From: a virus
Taxonomy: Duplodnaviria; Heunggongvirae; Uroviricota; Caudoviricetes
Reading direction: 5' to 3' (one strand)
Virus record (IMG/VR): IMGVR_UViG_2740892112_000005
DNA: 52,480 bases
Part shown: piece by piece, positions 1 through 10,608 of the stretch
Layout of the letters: each line of letters begins with the position of its first letter
Numbering within the stretch: position 1 is the stretch's first letter
Made by a program: the position numbers and the translations under genes
The notes under the pieces: generated by a model
Seen by the model: only the letters and a program-made list of their open reading frames with translations
Database searches by the model: none
Told to the model about the DNA's origin: nothing

Positions 1-453
1 TCAGGACCACGAGCCTGTGCCACCTGCAACACCCGATACTGTTGACACACCACCTCCCTCGAAATGCCCCAAAAGATTTGATGCAGAATCAAAAAACAAT
101 ACACTACAAAATACAGGGGTCATTGTTATCTGGAAGCTAACCGTATTTGTATACAGATCATCCAAATCATCTGTATATAAGTCACCAAACAGCACACCAC
201 CACCTGGAGATGATAATCCTCCTGCATTTCCCGAAAAATGTTTTCCACCTTCACTGGTGATCTGAGTGTCTACTTTTATATAAAATATTGCACTAGCTAA
301 TGTAGTTTTTGCTGGGTATTTATTTTCTGCCGCAGCTATCTTGCTTGTAATACAAGATACTTTATCCTTATCAAGATATTCTCCATATCTTCTTTGTACA
401 TCATCCATAATCTGCTGTCTAAGGTTTGAACATTTAGTCATAGTAGTCACCAT
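1..453 (-). CDS. hypothetical protein, N-terminal 150 aa only (ORF runs off the left edge of the window); Gly-rich segment; AT-rich DNA
   Basis: ORF starts at 453 and has no stop before position 1; region 270-640 is markedly AT-rich compared with the prophage; no recognisable motif. Confidence 0.3.
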   Translation of the reverse strand: MVTTMTKCSNLRQQIMDDVQRRYGEYLDKDKVSCITSKIAAAENKYPAKTTLASAIFYIKVDTQITSEGGKHFSGNAGGLSSPGGGVLFGDLYTDDLDDLYTNTVSFQITMTPVFCSVLFFDSASNLLGHFEGGGVSTVSGVAGGTGSWS

Positions 454-638
454 TAAAAGTAATTATGGGATTGCAATTCATAGATTGCATTATAATTAAT
501 TGACCATAGACAGCACTTTTTCAAGTTACAAAAGTAAATAAAAAGTAAACAAAATGATAAAAGAAATATCAGAATGCCATTCATAATTCTGCAGTTACAT
601 CTGTAATAATAACTCATTGATGCTAAAGCAATAAAAGT

Positions 639-971
639 ATGAACAATCCTAATCCATGTATGACGTGTGGTGCCTGTTGTGCATTTTTCCGCGTCTCTTT
701 TTACTGGGTTGAAACAGATGATGCTGGCGGCACCATCCCCGTAACGATGACAGAACAAATCTCTCCCTACCATCAATGCATGCAGGGCACTAACCAGAAA
801 AATCCTCGCTGTGTGGCCCTGATCGGCCAACCGGGAGTCAATGCCTACTGCAGCATTTATGAACATCGCTCATCCACCTGCAGAGAATTTCCGATGTCCG
901 GAGAACACGGCATCGTGAATGAAGCATGCAACCGCGCTCGTGCAAAATATGGGCTACCCCCTCTTTATTAA
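639..971 (+). CDS. YkgJ/UPF0153-family putative Fe-S (zinc/iron-chelating) protein
   Basis: 110 aa with N-terminal CxxCxxCC motif (CMTCGACC) plus further conserved Cys; followed by hairpin and T-run. Confidence 0.5.
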   Translation: MNNPNPCMTCGACCAFFRVSFYWVETDDAGGTIPVTMTEQISPYHQCMQGTNQKNPRCVALIGQPGVNAYCSIYEHRSSTCREFPMSGEHGIVNEACNRARAKYGLPPLY

Positions 972-1063
972 ACGCGATCATAATCACGGCAATGGCATGT
1001 TTTATATAACATTCTTAGAGGGCGTAACAACAAGCTTGTCGTTTCAAGCGATTTCTTCCGATT

Positions 1064-1089
1064 GGGGAGCCTGAGCGCTCCCTTTTTTT
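1064..1089 (+). terminator. intrinsic terminator downstream of ykgJ-like gene
   Basis: GC hairpin GGGAGC...GCTCCC followed by TTTTTTT. Confidence 0.45.
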
Positions 1090-1385
1090 CAGCTAAAAAT
1101 CAGCATACAGCCATACAATCCCGCACAGGCCACCACCGGCACCACAAAATCCATCAGGCTTGCCACATCCCACGCGTGCGGATCAAAACCGCCCCACCAC
1201 GGCATCTTATGTCGGTGACCATCACCAAAACGCTTAATCCAGCGATATTCTGCCTGGGTATATTCGCGGGCAACAAAAAACGTACAGGCAATGGCTGCAC
1301 CATAAGCCCAGTCACCGGTAATGCACCCAACCAGCCCCTGTACCGCCACAGCACAAATTGCATGAAGTATCGGCGTGATATCCAT
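1089..1385 (-). CDS. small hydrophobic membrane protein, unknown function (last gene beyond the tail-fibre locus)
   Basis: 98 aa, three hydrophobic stretches consistent with TM helices; no recognised motif. Confidence 0.35.
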   Translation of the reverse strand: MDITPILHAICAVAVQGLVGCITGDWAYGAAIACTFFVAREYTQAEYRWIKRFGDGHRHKMPWWGGFDPHAWDVASLMDFVVPVVACAGLYGCMLIFS

Positions 1386-1394
1386 CTGCTATCC

Positions 1395-1673
1395 TTAAAA
1401 CCACTCCCTGAGCGGGCGCTCTGGTGTAACCACCCACTCACGGAACACGGAATCATCAAATCCATCGTCAAGAAGACGGATATTAACAAAGTACCCTTCG
1501 TTTCGCGTGTATTCTGGTTCTCCGTCATCAGAAACATCTGTCTCCCTGAACGTAAAACCAATCTCATCAACCAGAACGGCATTCTGCAGCTCTTCGTCCT
1601 CTTCCCAGTTAAGTTTCCTGAGAAATGCCCTGAAATCTGCTTTATCACTGAAACGCAACGTGAAATCTCTCAC
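1395..1673 (-). CDS. small acidic protein downstream of side tail fibre gene (possible tail fibre chaperone/assembly or accessory protein)
   Basis: 92 aa, very D/E rich; start overlaps stop of the tail fibre ORF (1670-1673), suggesting translational coupling. Confidence 0.35.
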   Translation of the reverse strand: MRDFTLRFSDKADFRAFLRKLNWEEDEELQNAVLVDEIGFTFRETDVSDDGEPEYTRNEGYFVNIRLLDDGFDDSVFREWVVTPERPLREWF

Positions 1674-3733
1674 TCCACAACCTCCCCAAGCTGCGCATCT
1701 GTTAGCTCTTTATGCCAGAGACGAAAATTCCTCACATGCCCAAATAAATGGCGTAATCCTGCTGTAGTTTGTCCACCAATGCGAATGGTTGCTGTACTCC
1801 GGATATATTCCCATTTGGTTTTAGTTTCGCTGCTTAACTTACCGTTACTGACTACACATGTGGACCGTTCGGACTTTACCCGCATACCAATAAGCATTTT
1901 TTCCAGCCCGGCATTTTCATTTATTCGTCGGTCTGAACCACCTATATCACAATACGGAAAACCGTCGTACCCACCTGATGAACCAAACCCCATTACGATC
2001 CCCGCATCTGCCTGATGCCGGTATGTGTCAAAAACACGCGGTGCTGCATTTGGCGTTTTATACCAGTTCTTATGTACCTCACAAAGAACCGTAAAAGGAA
2101 GATTATAAAGATTATTCTTAATCGGAACTGTAACCATATCGCTTGCCCGCGTTACCGGTGCCGTCCCCGTAACAATAAAAGATGATGCGCCTGTACCAGC
2201 CTCAATCTGTGGAGTGGTTACATCGAGATAATCCCCTGATGCAACCATCTGCCCTGTATCCGGAGAATACTGGACAAAACCACCAACCGTATTTTCTGTT
2301 GTATCTGCTTTTAATGTAGCCTCAAAAAATATCCAGCCAGTTGCATCATCCTTAACAGACCTTGCTGTAACACGGCTTGTCTGACCTGTCTTGCTAATTA
2401 TGCGGGTGGTAAGGTTCAGGTTTGCTGCTCCTATTGATGTCCTTACCTCCCCATCATAATGTTCAAATAAAATACGAACGGCGATATTATCAACTTCACT
2501 TTTTACCCGACAGGATATAGTTACATGCTTTTCGTCCCCTGAAGTATCAACCCCTCCGGTACTCGAATACAGTCCGATAATGGTATGCGCTTTACTTGTA
2601 CCAACAATCGAATCCTGTACGACAAACCGGCCATAATTAAACCCGAAACTATCTGTGCCTGTTTCTGTAACGTCCAGTGAAGTTGACTTATTCCACTTCG
2701 AAGGGTCTGTACTGTTCTGGAAGAAGTTCGTTCTTTGCCCCTCAATAAGCAGGCCATCACACTCAAATCGTGGCTCATTAATTTCCGCCGTTTTCAGTTC
2801 GCCAGATTTGTTGATATATGTTGCCGTTGATGCGCGACTGAAATTAACCTGTTTATCACTGGCAACCTGAACCACATTATCACCAATCTTCACTTTTTTA
2901 TAACCCGGAGAATAGCCCGTAATCATATCCAGCGAATCATTAAAGGGTATCCACACATCCGGCAGCGGCTGTAAAACATATCTGTACGGCTCTGCTGTCT
3001 GGTTTGCGTATTCTCTGGCAGCATCTTCACTTGCTTTTGCTGCCGTCTGGCTTGCTGCCGATGCTTTCGCCGAGTTCGCCGCCGCTGTTTCGCTCACCTT
3101 TGCGTTGGCTTCACTGTCTTTGGCATTCGTCTCACTGGTTTTCGCTGCCGTCTGGCTGGATTTTGCGTTTTTTTCGCTGGCCTTTGTGGCTGTCTCGCTA
3201 TTTTTCGCGCTGGTTTCTGATTTTTTGGCTGCTGTCGCGGAGTTTGCCGATGCAGTCTGCGAGGCCGCTGCCGCCTGTGCGCTGTTAGCTGCATTCGTTT
3301 CTGAGGTTTTCGCCGCGTTCTTCGATGATGCCGCTGCAGTTTCGGATTTCTTTGCTGCCGCTGCGCTCTGTGATGATGCTCCGGCATGACGTGCCACTTC
3401 ATTCACCATCAGCTCAAAACGGCGCAGTGCCTCCGGCATGACATCATCTTCCGTCATGGCGCCGAGAAAATCATTCAGCGTACCTGGTCTGGAACCTTCA
3501 TAGACGGTAATGGTCCCGGCATGTGAAGGCGGAAAATCTTCAACCAGCAGGGTGACGCTGTACTGGCCATACTCAACATCCATGCTGTAACGCCCGGCTT
3601 CATCCGGATTTTCAGAGGCCACCGTGTTCACCACCACCGTGCTGCTGGTTCGTCTGGCCTTCAGCACAATGGTGCAGTTCTGTACTGGTTTTCCTGTGCC
3701 ATCTTTAAGCACGCCAGAAATTTTTACTGTCAT
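1670..3733 (-). CDS. side tail fibre protein (Stf-like) with Ala/Lys/Ser/Thr-rich repeat region
   Basis: 687 aa; repetitive AAKxSETxA segment typical of lambdoid side tail fibres; sits after lom at the end of the tail module. Confidence 0.8.
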   Translation of the reverse strand: MTVKISGVLKDGTGKPVQNCTIVLKARRTSSTVVVNTVASENPDEAGRYSMDVEYGQYSVTLLVEDFPPSHAGTITVYEGSRPGTLNDFLGAMTEDDVMPEALRRFELMVNEVARHAGASSQSAAAAKKSETAAASSKNAAKTSETNAANSAQAAAASQTASANSATAAKKSETSAKNSETATKASEKNAKSSQTAAKTSETNAKDSEANAKVSETAAANSAKASAASQTAAKASEDAAREYANQTAEPYRYVLQPLPDVWIPFNDSLDMITGYSPGYKKVKIGDNVVQVASDKQVNFSRASTATYINKSGELKTAEINEPRFECDGLLIEGQRTNFFQNSTDPSKWNKSTSLDVTETGTDSFGFNYGRFVVQDSIVGTSKAHTIIGLYSSTGGVDTSGDEKHVTISCRVKSEVDNIAVRILFEHYDGEVRTSIGAANLNLTTRIISKTGQTSRVTARSVKDDATGWIFFEATLKADTTENTVGGFVQYSPDTGQMVASGDYLDVTTPQIEAGTGASSFIVTGTAPVTRASDMVTVPIKNNLYNLPFTVLCEVHKNWYKTPNAAPRVFDTYRHQADAGIVMGFGSSGGYDGFPYCDIGGSDRRINENAGLEKMLIGMRVKSERSTCVVSNGKLSSETKTKWEYIRSTATIRIGGQTTAGLRHLFGHVRNFRLWHKELTDAQLGEVVE

Positions 3734-3745
3734 ACTTTTCCACCA

Positions 3746-3781
3746 ATAAAAAAAGCCCGCAGCAGTGACGCCACGGGCTTC
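3746..3781 (-). terminator. hairpin plus T-run between lom and tail fibre gene
   Basis: On - strand: AAGCCCG...CGGGCTT stem followed by TTTTTTT, 20 nt upstream of the tail fibre start. Confidence 0.4.
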
Positions 3782-3884
3782 AGGACAGTGTAACTTTACG
3801 TTTCCTCAAACGCAGTTCACCCCATAAGGCGGATGAACCTGCGTATCATAACAATATTTACAGAAGATAAATCGGCGTCTGTTG

Positions 3885-4484
3885 TCAGAAACGGTATCCG
3901 ATACCAACAATAAATGCATCCGTTCGCCAGTCGCCACTGCCGGAGCCTTCATAAGCAATATCAATGGCCACGGATTCGGTCGGGTTAAACTGCACGCCAG
4001 CTCCCCACGCCAGAGAGGTATTGCTGTGGCGACCGTCATCACTTCCGGTCAGCACGTCGTGCGTTTTCCCCTTGTTGTCAGTTACGCGGAGATAATCCCC
4101 GGAGAAAGTCGACACACGGCTGTAAGCCACACCTGCCATCGCATAAGCACTGAACCATTCATTCACGCGCACAGACGGCCCCGCCATTACGCTGAACCAG
4201 CGGTTACGCACGGAATCTTCATGCCAGCGGGTATCGCTGTAATGCGTTTTTTGCTCATCTTTGGCATTGGCATAACTGAATGACGTCACCAGCCCCAGCG
4301 TGTCCGTAAACTCATAACGGTATTTCACGTTAATCCCGTTCAGATCATCGCTGCCAGGCATATCAGTATGGGTCTGAAGATACCCGGCGCTTAGTGTGGA
4401 CTGATGCTCTGCTGCGCTCGCTGGCGTACCAGCGGCAACCAGCCAGACTACTGCGGACAGAATAACAGCACATAATTTACGCAT
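3885..4484 (-). CDS. lom: Lom-like outer membrane protein (Ail/Lom family)
   Basis: 199 aa, signal peptide, beta-barrel-like alternating pattern, C-terminal ...GIGYRF; position immediately after J as in lambda. Confidence 0.85.
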   Translation of the reverse strand: MRKLCAVILSAVVWLVAAGTPASAAEHQSTLSAGYLQTHTDMPGSDDLNGINVKYRYEFTDTLGLVTSFSYANAKDEQKTHYSDTRWHEDSVRNRWFSVMAGPSVRVNEWFSAYAMAGVAYSRVSTFSGDYLRVTDNKGKTHDVLTGSDDGRHSNTSLAWGAGVQFNPTESVAIDIAYEGSGSGDWRTDAFIVGIGYRF

Positions 4485-4508
4485 AATTACCTCTCGCTTT
4501 TCTGCAAT

Positions 4509-4532
4509 AAAAAAGGCGCCATTTCTGGCGCC
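4509..4532 (-). terminator. intrinsic terminator between J and lom
   Basis: On - strand: GGCGCC...GGCGCC hairpin followed by TTTTTT. Confidence 0.45.
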
Positions 4533-4551
4533 CGTATTGGGGTTATAAAAT

Positions 4552-7500
4552 TCAGCTAATCGTGATGCCTGCAGTGGCTTTCTTCATCACAACAACCAGC
4601 AAATCGCTGATACTTGCTGTGGGATACCAGCCATTTACCCACCATGCTGATACAGAAAACTCCAGCGTCATGTGACCGCGACCAGCAGGCATATCAATAA
4701 CACCACTGTAAACCAGCGTATTATCCAGCGCGGTACGGTTATAAATTTCAGCACCGTTTTTCTTCACTATCAGGCGGCATGACGAATAAGTATCGCTGTT
4801 CTCCCGCTCATGTCTGGCACCGCTGAAAGCCACCGCCGGAATAACAATCTGCCGGTTAAACGGCTGATCGTCATAAACCCTGACGGTAATGGTTCCTGAT
4901 GGCCAACGCTCCGGTGCACGGGAGTCACGAGGGAAAGCCTTACCCACTGTTTTAACGAGATCGCCTTCAATCTGGTTTGCAGACAGTTTCCCTCTGATGA
5001 CACAGTTCTCGTTAATGGTGACATTATTGAGCGTGCCGGTATTCGCCGTGATGGCTCCACTGATATCCGCATTGCGGGCTGTCAGCCTGCCATCCGGCGT
5101 CAGGGAAAACGTCGGAGGATTGCCGGATGACGTGATGCTCACCGCAAACAGTCGCTTCAGGAACACGTCGTTCATGAACAGCTGATTCCCCTGCGCCACA
5201 AACAGCGGCGTGGTGTTGCCGTTCTCCGGGGTAATCATCGCAATGCGATCGGCCTGCAGCAGAATGTTACTCAGGGTCTGACCATCAACATCCTCAATCC
5301 CCGCGCCAATCCCGGCCACATAGGGAATACCGTTTTTTGTTTTCTGCACCTTCAGCATATACATGGCATTCAGCTCATTGCGCGTGTCTGACTGAACCCG
5401 CTGGATTTGCTGTATGGTCACGGCCTGGTCACCCAGCTTTTTATCCGTGGTCGAGGTAATTTCACTCCCTTTTTTATCCACGTACTGGCGGACCTGTGCT
5501 ATCTGTCGGGCGTTTTCTGACTGCCCCTGGCTGACAGTCTGTGAGATTTCACTGCTCACCCGGTCCACTTTCTGGCTCACCTGCGCGATGGCCAGTGTCT
5601 GGTCCTCATTCTTTTTCGCAACCAGCTGCGTGAGGCTGTTTTCCGCCTTCCCGATTTTCCGGGTCACTTCTGCGATATCCGTGTCCATCCGCTGACGGAT
5701 ATCTTCTTCCAGTTGCGTGACCTCCGTACGCAGCGCTGAAGCATCAATGCGCTCTTTCAGTGCCTGGCCCAGAAGCGTCTCATCTATCAGCCCCCGGAAA
5801 ATTTCCAGATACCCTTCACCATCATTGCTGGGCTGCCCGCTGGCTTCCACAAAAGCAGATTTTCCCACCAGGTTGACGCTTCGCACGTAAAACCAGAAAT
5901 CCGTCCCCGGCTTAATCCGGCTCCCCTGGACAGTCCACTGACTGCCGGTCCCCAGATAACGGGCAGATTTTTCCACCTGTGCTGTGTTCGTGATGCGTTT
6001 TTCTGAGAACCAGAATTCAAACTGTACCGTCGGGTCATACACCGCAAGACGCGGGACCGCCGTTATCTGAAAATACCCCGGCGTCAGTTCAATGGTGGCG
6101 GGTTTTGCTGGCGCGTTAATCCGGAAGGTGGTGGTGGCCGGTTCGCCCTGCTGGCCATAACTGTTAATCGCCCTGACCGTCAGGGTGTATTCCCCCAGTG
6201 GCAGGCCACTGAAACGGTGCTCCGTATCGGCAGTGATGGCGGTGGTCACCAGTCTGGCATCCGCTCCCTTACCACTGGTCAGGCGCAGACTGAAGCGCAC
6301 ACCCTTCACCACCCGCGGCGTGTCCCATTTCGCCTGCGCCAGATACTGGCCGTCAGCTGCGCTCACCTCCACCGTCAGGTGCTGCACTGCCGGTGGGATG
6401 ACGCTGTTCAGGGAACCTGACTGCGGCTCAAAGCGGGCACCGTTATCCACGATGGCTTCTTTTTCCGGTACGTGCTGCACCGCCGTGATGGCAAAGGTGC
6501 CGTCCGTGTTTTCCCGGACGGAGACACAGCGGAACAGGCGACGGCGCAGTGACGGCAGGGAGAGTCCCCACACCCCGTATGTCTCCACACCATCAGGCAG
6601 GGTACTGACCTGTATCCGGTCCGGCGCGGGGTGTTCGGTGATGTCCACACTCACCGGCTTACCACTGCCGTTAATCAGGTTCACCGTGGCGGCACCGGTC
6701 TCCGGCAGTGTCACTTCACGGTCCAGCGTCAGGGTGCGGGTGGCAGCATCAATGGACAGGACACGTCCGCCGGTCAGGGTCCCGGCATAGTCGTTATCAC
6801 AGATTTCAATGATGTCACCGGGTGTGTGCCGCAGCCCCTGAGACCCGAGCGTGAAATCCACCGTCTGCGTTTCCAGCAGTTCGGTCTTTATCACCCACAG
6901 CCCGGCACGGTGGGCCTGACCGCGGCTGGTACAGCCGAACGCGTCCATCTTCAGCAGGTTGCGTCCGTAGCGCAGTATGGCTTCCGGGTCTTCCACCAGT
7001 TCCGTGGATGTCTGCCAGCCGTTCTGCGGGTCGGTGTAATTCACCTCCACCGCCGTGTGCCGGTCCTTCAGGGCACTGAAGCTGTAGCGGAATCCCACGC
7101 CGTTATCATCCACCACCACATCGCTGTTGGTGTACGGCCACACCACATCCGACGGGCGGTCCTGAACGAACGTCAGCGTCTGACCGTTCCATACCGGCAT
7201 ACAGCGCATCGCAGAGCAGAAATCACTGAGAACGTCCCACGCCTTACGCTGTTGTGCCAGGTACGCATTAAAGGTCATCCGCGGCTCGGTCCCCCCGAAA
7301 CCATCCGGGACCGTCTGGTCGCAGTACTGCCCGATGGCATACAGCGCCCACTTGTCCACATCCGCCGCCCCCAGACGTTTTCCCATGCCGTAGCGCGGGT
7401 GAGTCAGCATGTCCCACAGACACCAGGCCGGATTGTTGCTGTATGCCGGTTTCAGACTGCCGTCCCAGATACCACTGTACGTGCGTTTTTCCGGGTCATA

Positions 7501-8244
7501 GTTTGACGGCACCTGAATGATGCGACCGCGGATATGGTAGTTCACCGTCATCTGCTGGCCGCCGAACTGCTCCGCATCCACCTGCAGCCCCACAATGGCC
7601 GTGTTCGGGTAGCACTGTTTCACATCGATGATTTCAGTGTACGATGACCAGAGCGTTCTGTTCTGCAACTGGTCCGTGGTGCTGTCCGCCGTCTCCCGGA
7701 CCATCCGGATGTTAAAGGGCCGGGGCGGCAGATTATCCAGAATCACCGAGGCCAGGAACTGCGAGGTGGTCTTGCCGTTAATGGTGACATCCTTTTCCGT
7801 CACCCAGCGGCCATTACGCTGTAACTGAATCAGCAGGCGGACGGATGCCGGGTTACGGTCGCCCTTTGACGTGGTCTGCACCAGTGACTGCACCCCGAAG
7901 GTAACCCGCAGGCGGTCAATGTTCGCGGACGTAATGGTGCGCGTCACCGGCTTTGCCTTCGTCACTTCCACACCCAGTCCGGTTTCAGCTCCGGAGGACT
8001 CAAAGCCTTCCGGTGGTGTCTGCTCCTGCTCCCCGGCACGCCAGACCGCCGTCACACCGTGTATCACGGGATTGCCGTCCGTGTCCGTCAGCGGGGTTTT
8101 GTTCACCAGAATACTCTGCAGTCCCTTCACCGGACCTTCTATCGGTCCCTCACCAATCGCATCAATCACACTCATCATCTGCGTGGATTTGAGATTATCC
8201 TTCGCCTCACGAGGCGTGTGTGCCTTACCGCCACCTTTTCCCAT
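4552..8244 (-). CDS. J: tail tip / host specificity protein J (central tail fibre)
   Basis: 1230 aa; size, position after I and general lambda gpJ-like sequence character. Confidence 0.9.
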   Translation of the reverse strand: MGKGGGKAHTPREAKDNLKSTQMMSVIDAIGEGPIEGPVKGLQSILVNKTPLTDTDGNPVIHGVTAVWRAGEQEQTPPEGFESSGAETGLGVEVTKAKPVTRTITSANIDRLRVTFGVQSLVQTTSKGDRNPASVRLLIQLQRNGRWVTEKDVTINGKTTSQFLASVILDNLPPRPFNIRMVRETADSTTDQLQNRTLWSSYTEIIDVKQCYPNTAIVGLQVDAEQFGGQQMTVNYHIRGRIIQVPSNYDPEKRTYSGIWDGSLKPAYSNNPAWCLWDMLTHPRYGMGKRLGAADVDKWALYAIGQYCDQTVPDGFGGTEPRMTFNAYLAQQRKAWDVLSDFCSAMRCMPVWNGQTLTFVQDRPSDVVWPYTNSDVVVDDNGVGFRYSFSALKDRHTAVEVNYTDPQNGWQTSTELVEDPEAILRYGRNLLKMDAFGCTSRGQAHRAGLWVIKTELLETQTVDFTLGSQGLRHTPGDIIEICDNDYAGTLTGGRVLSIDAATRTLTLDREVTLPETGAATVNLINGSGKPVSVDITEHPAPDRIQVSTLPDGVETYGVWGLSLPSLRRRLFRCVSVRENTDGTFAITAVQHVPEKEAIVDNGARFEPQSGSLNSVIPPAVQHLTVEVSAADGQYLAQAKWDTPRVVKGVRFSLRLTSGKGADARLVTTAITADTEHRFSGLPLGEYTLTVRAINSYGQQGEPATTTFRINAPAKPATIELTPGYFQITAVPRLAVYDPTVQFEFWFSEKRITNTAQVEKSARYLGTGSQWTVQGSRIKPGTDFWFYVRSVNLVGKSAFVEASGQPSNDGEGYLEIFRGLIDETLLGQALKERIDASALRTEVTQLEEDIRQRMDTDIAEVTRKIGKAENSLTQLVAKKNEDQTLAIAQVSQKVDRVSSEISQTVSQGQSENARQIAQVRQYVDKKGSEITSTTDKKLGDQAVTIQQIQRVQSDTRNELNAMYMLKVQKTKNGIPYVAGIGAGIEDVDGQTLSNILLQADRIAMITPENGNTTPLFVAQGNQLFMNDVFLKRLFAVSITSSGNPPTFSLTPDGRLTARNADISGAITANTGTLNNVTINENCVIRGKLSANQIEGDLVKTVGKAFPRDSRAPERWPSGTITVRVYDDQPFNRQIVIPAVAFSGARHERENSDTYSSCRLIVKKNGAEIYNRTALDNTLVYSGVIDMPAGRGHMTLEFSVSAWWVNGWYPTASISDLLVVVMKKATAGITIS

Positions 8245-8347
8245 ACAGCCTTCCCCTGAATAAATTAACCGCCACTTGCCATTCCGTACAGAAGTCGGAT
8301 ATCCTTCGCCCGAAAAGCATGAAACACATTTCTGCCATGCTAAAGAG

Positions 8348-8383
8348 AAACCCCGGTATCAGCAGATACCGGGGTTTTCTTTC
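8348..8383. terminator. bidirectional hairpin terminator inside the I-J intergenic insertion
   Basis: 8-bp stem CCCCGGTA/TACCGGGG flanked by T-rich tracts on both strands. Confidence 0.4.
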
Positions 8384-8449
8384 ATGCCCACCGATAATCC
8401 TGTTGGTTAAAACCGGTAATGGCATAAAAATTCTGAATATCTTCACATT

Positions 8450-8477
8450 TTCACAAAATCCCTGTGGCACTTATAAT
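8450..8477 (+). promoter_or_regulatory. near-consensus sigma70 promoter (TTCACA-16 bp-TATAAT) in the I-J intergenic insertion
   Basis: Direct read of -35 TTCACA at 8450-8455 and -10 TATAAT at 8472-8477 on + strand. Confidence 0.4.
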
Positions 8478-8483
8478 TTCTCT

Positions 8484-8578
8484 GCGTTAATTTTTTTTGT
8501 CGTGACATAAGAATAATTATCTATAGTTGATCTTCGTAACGCTCCCGCAGCTCCGCAACTCTGCGGGATTTTTTTATT
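8484..8578 (+). ncRNA. candidate small RNA (about 95 nt) from promoter to intrinsic terminator, antisense to tail operon direction
   Basis: No ORF of significance between promoter and terminator (CCCGCAG...CTGCGGG + TTTTTTT at 8544-8578). Confidence 0.3.
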
Positions 8579-8582
8579 CTTT

Positions 8583-9263
8583 TTACCCCTGCCGCCCGAT
8601 AACCACGACCTTTCCGCCCCCGCCTTCATCACGGGTGCTGATGTCCTGGGATATACGGCGGGAGCCAACCAGCATTTCCCCGTAAGGCACCGGCATCGGG
8701 TTCCCCTGGGCAATCATGTTATCCAGCGAGGAAAAGTACGTGTTCTGTCTGCCGTTATCCGTTGCGCGGTAATCCGGTGTTTTTGCCTTCGGGGCCAGCA
8801 TCTGGGCCACTCCGCCCAGTATCATGCTGGCACCCAGTGAAAACAGCATCGTGGTGGCAGAAAAACCACCGGCACTCAGGGCTGTACCCCATAACGCCAT
8901 CGAGCCTCCGGCCGTGAAGAAAGAGCCCACGATGGCTGCCGCCCCCAGCACAATCTGCAGTCCGCCCTTTCCGGCTCCGGCCAGTCGCGGCACAATGTGG
9001 ATGACCGTTCCCTCACCCAGCTGTTCGTGAAGACGGGCGTACACCGCCTCCGGTGCCGTGTCATCACCGGCAATACGTATCTGGTACCAGCCTTCGTTCA
9101 TCTGACGGCGAAAGCCCGGCACCTGTAACGACAGGGCACGGATGGCTTCCGCTGCCGTGTTCACATACAGGCTGAGGCGGCGGCCAAATCGTTGCAAATC
9201 CCCGTGAAGGCAGATGCGTGCCAGTGGCGGTGACGCCAGACAGAATGCGTTCGTCGTTGCCAT
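8583..9263 (-). CDS. I: tail assembly protein I
   Basis: C-terminal Gly/Ala-rich hydrophobic region like lambda gpI; true start probably internal because ORF overlaps K. Confidence 0.8.
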   Translation of the reverse strand: MATTNAFCLASPPLARICLHGDLQRFGRRLSLYVNTAAEAIRALSLQVPGFRRQMNEGWYQIRIAGDDTAPEAVYARLHEQLGEGTVIHIVPRLAGAGKGGLQIVLGAAAIVGSFFTAGGSMALWGTALSAGGFSATTMLFSLGASMILGGVAQMLAPKAKTPDYRATDNGRQNTYFSSLDNMIAQGNPMPVPYGEMLVGSRRISQDISTRDEGGGGKVVVIGRQG

Positions 9264-9904
9264 TTTTCGGAATACCTCTCCCGTTTACTCAGTTGTTCAG
9301 GCAGATGGTGAAGCAGCTCACCGTTGCCGCAGTAAATGGCGGCATGGTTCGGTACCGAAGCACCAAAGCAGCACAGCAGAATATCGCCCGCCTGTGCAGA
9401 GGACAGGGGCACCCGGTAAAAGCCGGTGACCGCCATATTGTCCAGGTAAAGGTTCTGACCGTTGCGCCACCAGTCATCCTCGCGATGAAAATCCGGCATT
9501 TCAGTCCCCGCCAGATGGTATGCATCCCGGAACAGGGTGTAACAGTCCGTCACCCCGTGCTCAAAGCGCCGTCCCGTCAGGTGCGGCACGCAGCGGAATT
9601 TGTGAATGTCACCCCGGCAGACCAGCCACCAGGGCAGTGCGCTTTTTATCTGCAGCCGCCGGTCAGCCTCGCTCAGCCAGGGCAGCCCACCGGGATGACT
9701 GTGGACCAGTGCCACAATCTCCCCCTGCATCTCTGCCCGCAGCCAGTCTTCCGGTGCAATACGAAAATACGCCTCCGGCTCTGCAGAGATATTCACACAA
9801 GGGATATACCGCTCCCCCTCCGGCGTTCTCACCACTAAGCCGCACGACTCCGCAGGCACACACCGCCGGGCATGCGCCAGAATCGCTGATTCTGTCTGTG
9901 TCAT
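9161..9904 (-). CDS. K: tail assembly protein K (MPN/JAB plus NlpC/P60-like)
   Basis: HSHP...metalloprotease-like motif and Cys/His hydrolase-like C-terminus typical of lambda gpK. Confidence 0.85.
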   Translation of the reverse strand: MTQTESAILAHARRCVPAESCGLVVRTPEGERYIPCVNISAEPEAYFRIAPEDWLRAEMQGEIVALVHSHPGGLPWLSEADRRLQIKSALPWWLVCRGDIHKFRCVPHLTGRRFEHGVTDCYTLFRDAYHLAGTEMPDFHREDDWWRNGQNLYLDNMAVTGFYRVPLSSAQAGDILLCCFGASVPNHAAIYCGNGELLHHLPEQLSKRERYSEKWQRRTHSVWRHRHWHASAFTGICNDLAAASACM

Positions 9905-9909
9905 TGGAT

Positions 9910-10608
9910 TTACTGCGAAAGTTTGTTAATGGAAAGGAAACCGCCAAAATTAGCCACCATGCCGCGCATCTCACACCCGCGCATGCACTTGCTGCATCTG
10001 TCCTTACGGATATCCGTGGTGGGGTTGTCGAACTCATCCGCCACCGCAGGACCGTTATACCCGCATTCATCTCCCCGGTAATCCCACATACAGGTGTTCG
10101 CCAGCATGATGCGACCGGGAAACAGCGCCCCGTCCGTCTCGGTCGGTGTAGCCAGCACAAACGAGGCCGTCATGGCTGTCAGCTGCGACATCTGCTCCAC
10201 CACCCAGCGGTCACTCAGCTCCTGCTCCGGGTCCGCCTCCGGATTGCCCGCAACGAAATTCACCGCATCCAGAAAACGGGCATACACCCGGCGGCGGACC
10301 ACCGTGGCCCCCACCAGACTCTGCAGGTCTTCCGCCATCCCGGTGACCAGACCGAACAGATTGGACACCGTCAGCGACGGTCTGGCACTGCTGCCCCGGC
10401 CGTTCATCTCAAAACCGCTGCCGTCAATCGGGTATGCCTCATACTTACGCCCCTGCCAGGTGACCGGCTCCCCTTTTTCATTCAGCTCATTACAGAAAAA
10501 ATACCGCTCACCGCCCTGTACCGTCAGGTCGATTTCCCAGAGTACCACCCGCGGTGACTGCTCTGATTTAACCGACTCGTTCAGACTTTCTTCGTGAATA
10601 TCCTGCAT
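9910..10608 (-). CDS. L: minor tail protein L
   Basis: 232 aa with C-terminal Cys cluster typical of gpL; position between M and K. Confidence 0.9.
   Translation of the reverse strand: MQDIHEESLNESVKSEQSPRVVLWEIDLTVQGGERYFFCNELNEKGEPVTWQGRKYEAYPIDGSGFEMNGRGSSARPSLTVSNLFGLVTGMAEDLQSLVGATVVRRRVYARFLDAVNFVAGNPEADPEQELSDRWVVEQMSQLTAMTASFVLATPTETDGALFPGRIMLANTCMWDYRGDECGYNGPAVADEFDNPTTDIRKDRCSKCMRGCEMRGMVANFGGFLSINKLSQ

Noticed and set aside
4770-8263. Many + strand ORFs of 60-300 aa (for example 6185-6790, 6631-7506, 7871-8263) inside the J gene region
   Set aside because: They lie entirely antisense to the 1230-aa J ORF, are Arg/Pro/Ser-rich as expected for GC-rich antisense frames, and lack RBS context; treated as spurious
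9520-10557. 345-aa + strand ORF and the - strand ORF 9663-10160
   Set aside because: Overlap the well-supported K and L tail genes in other frames or strand; low-complexity composition; spurious
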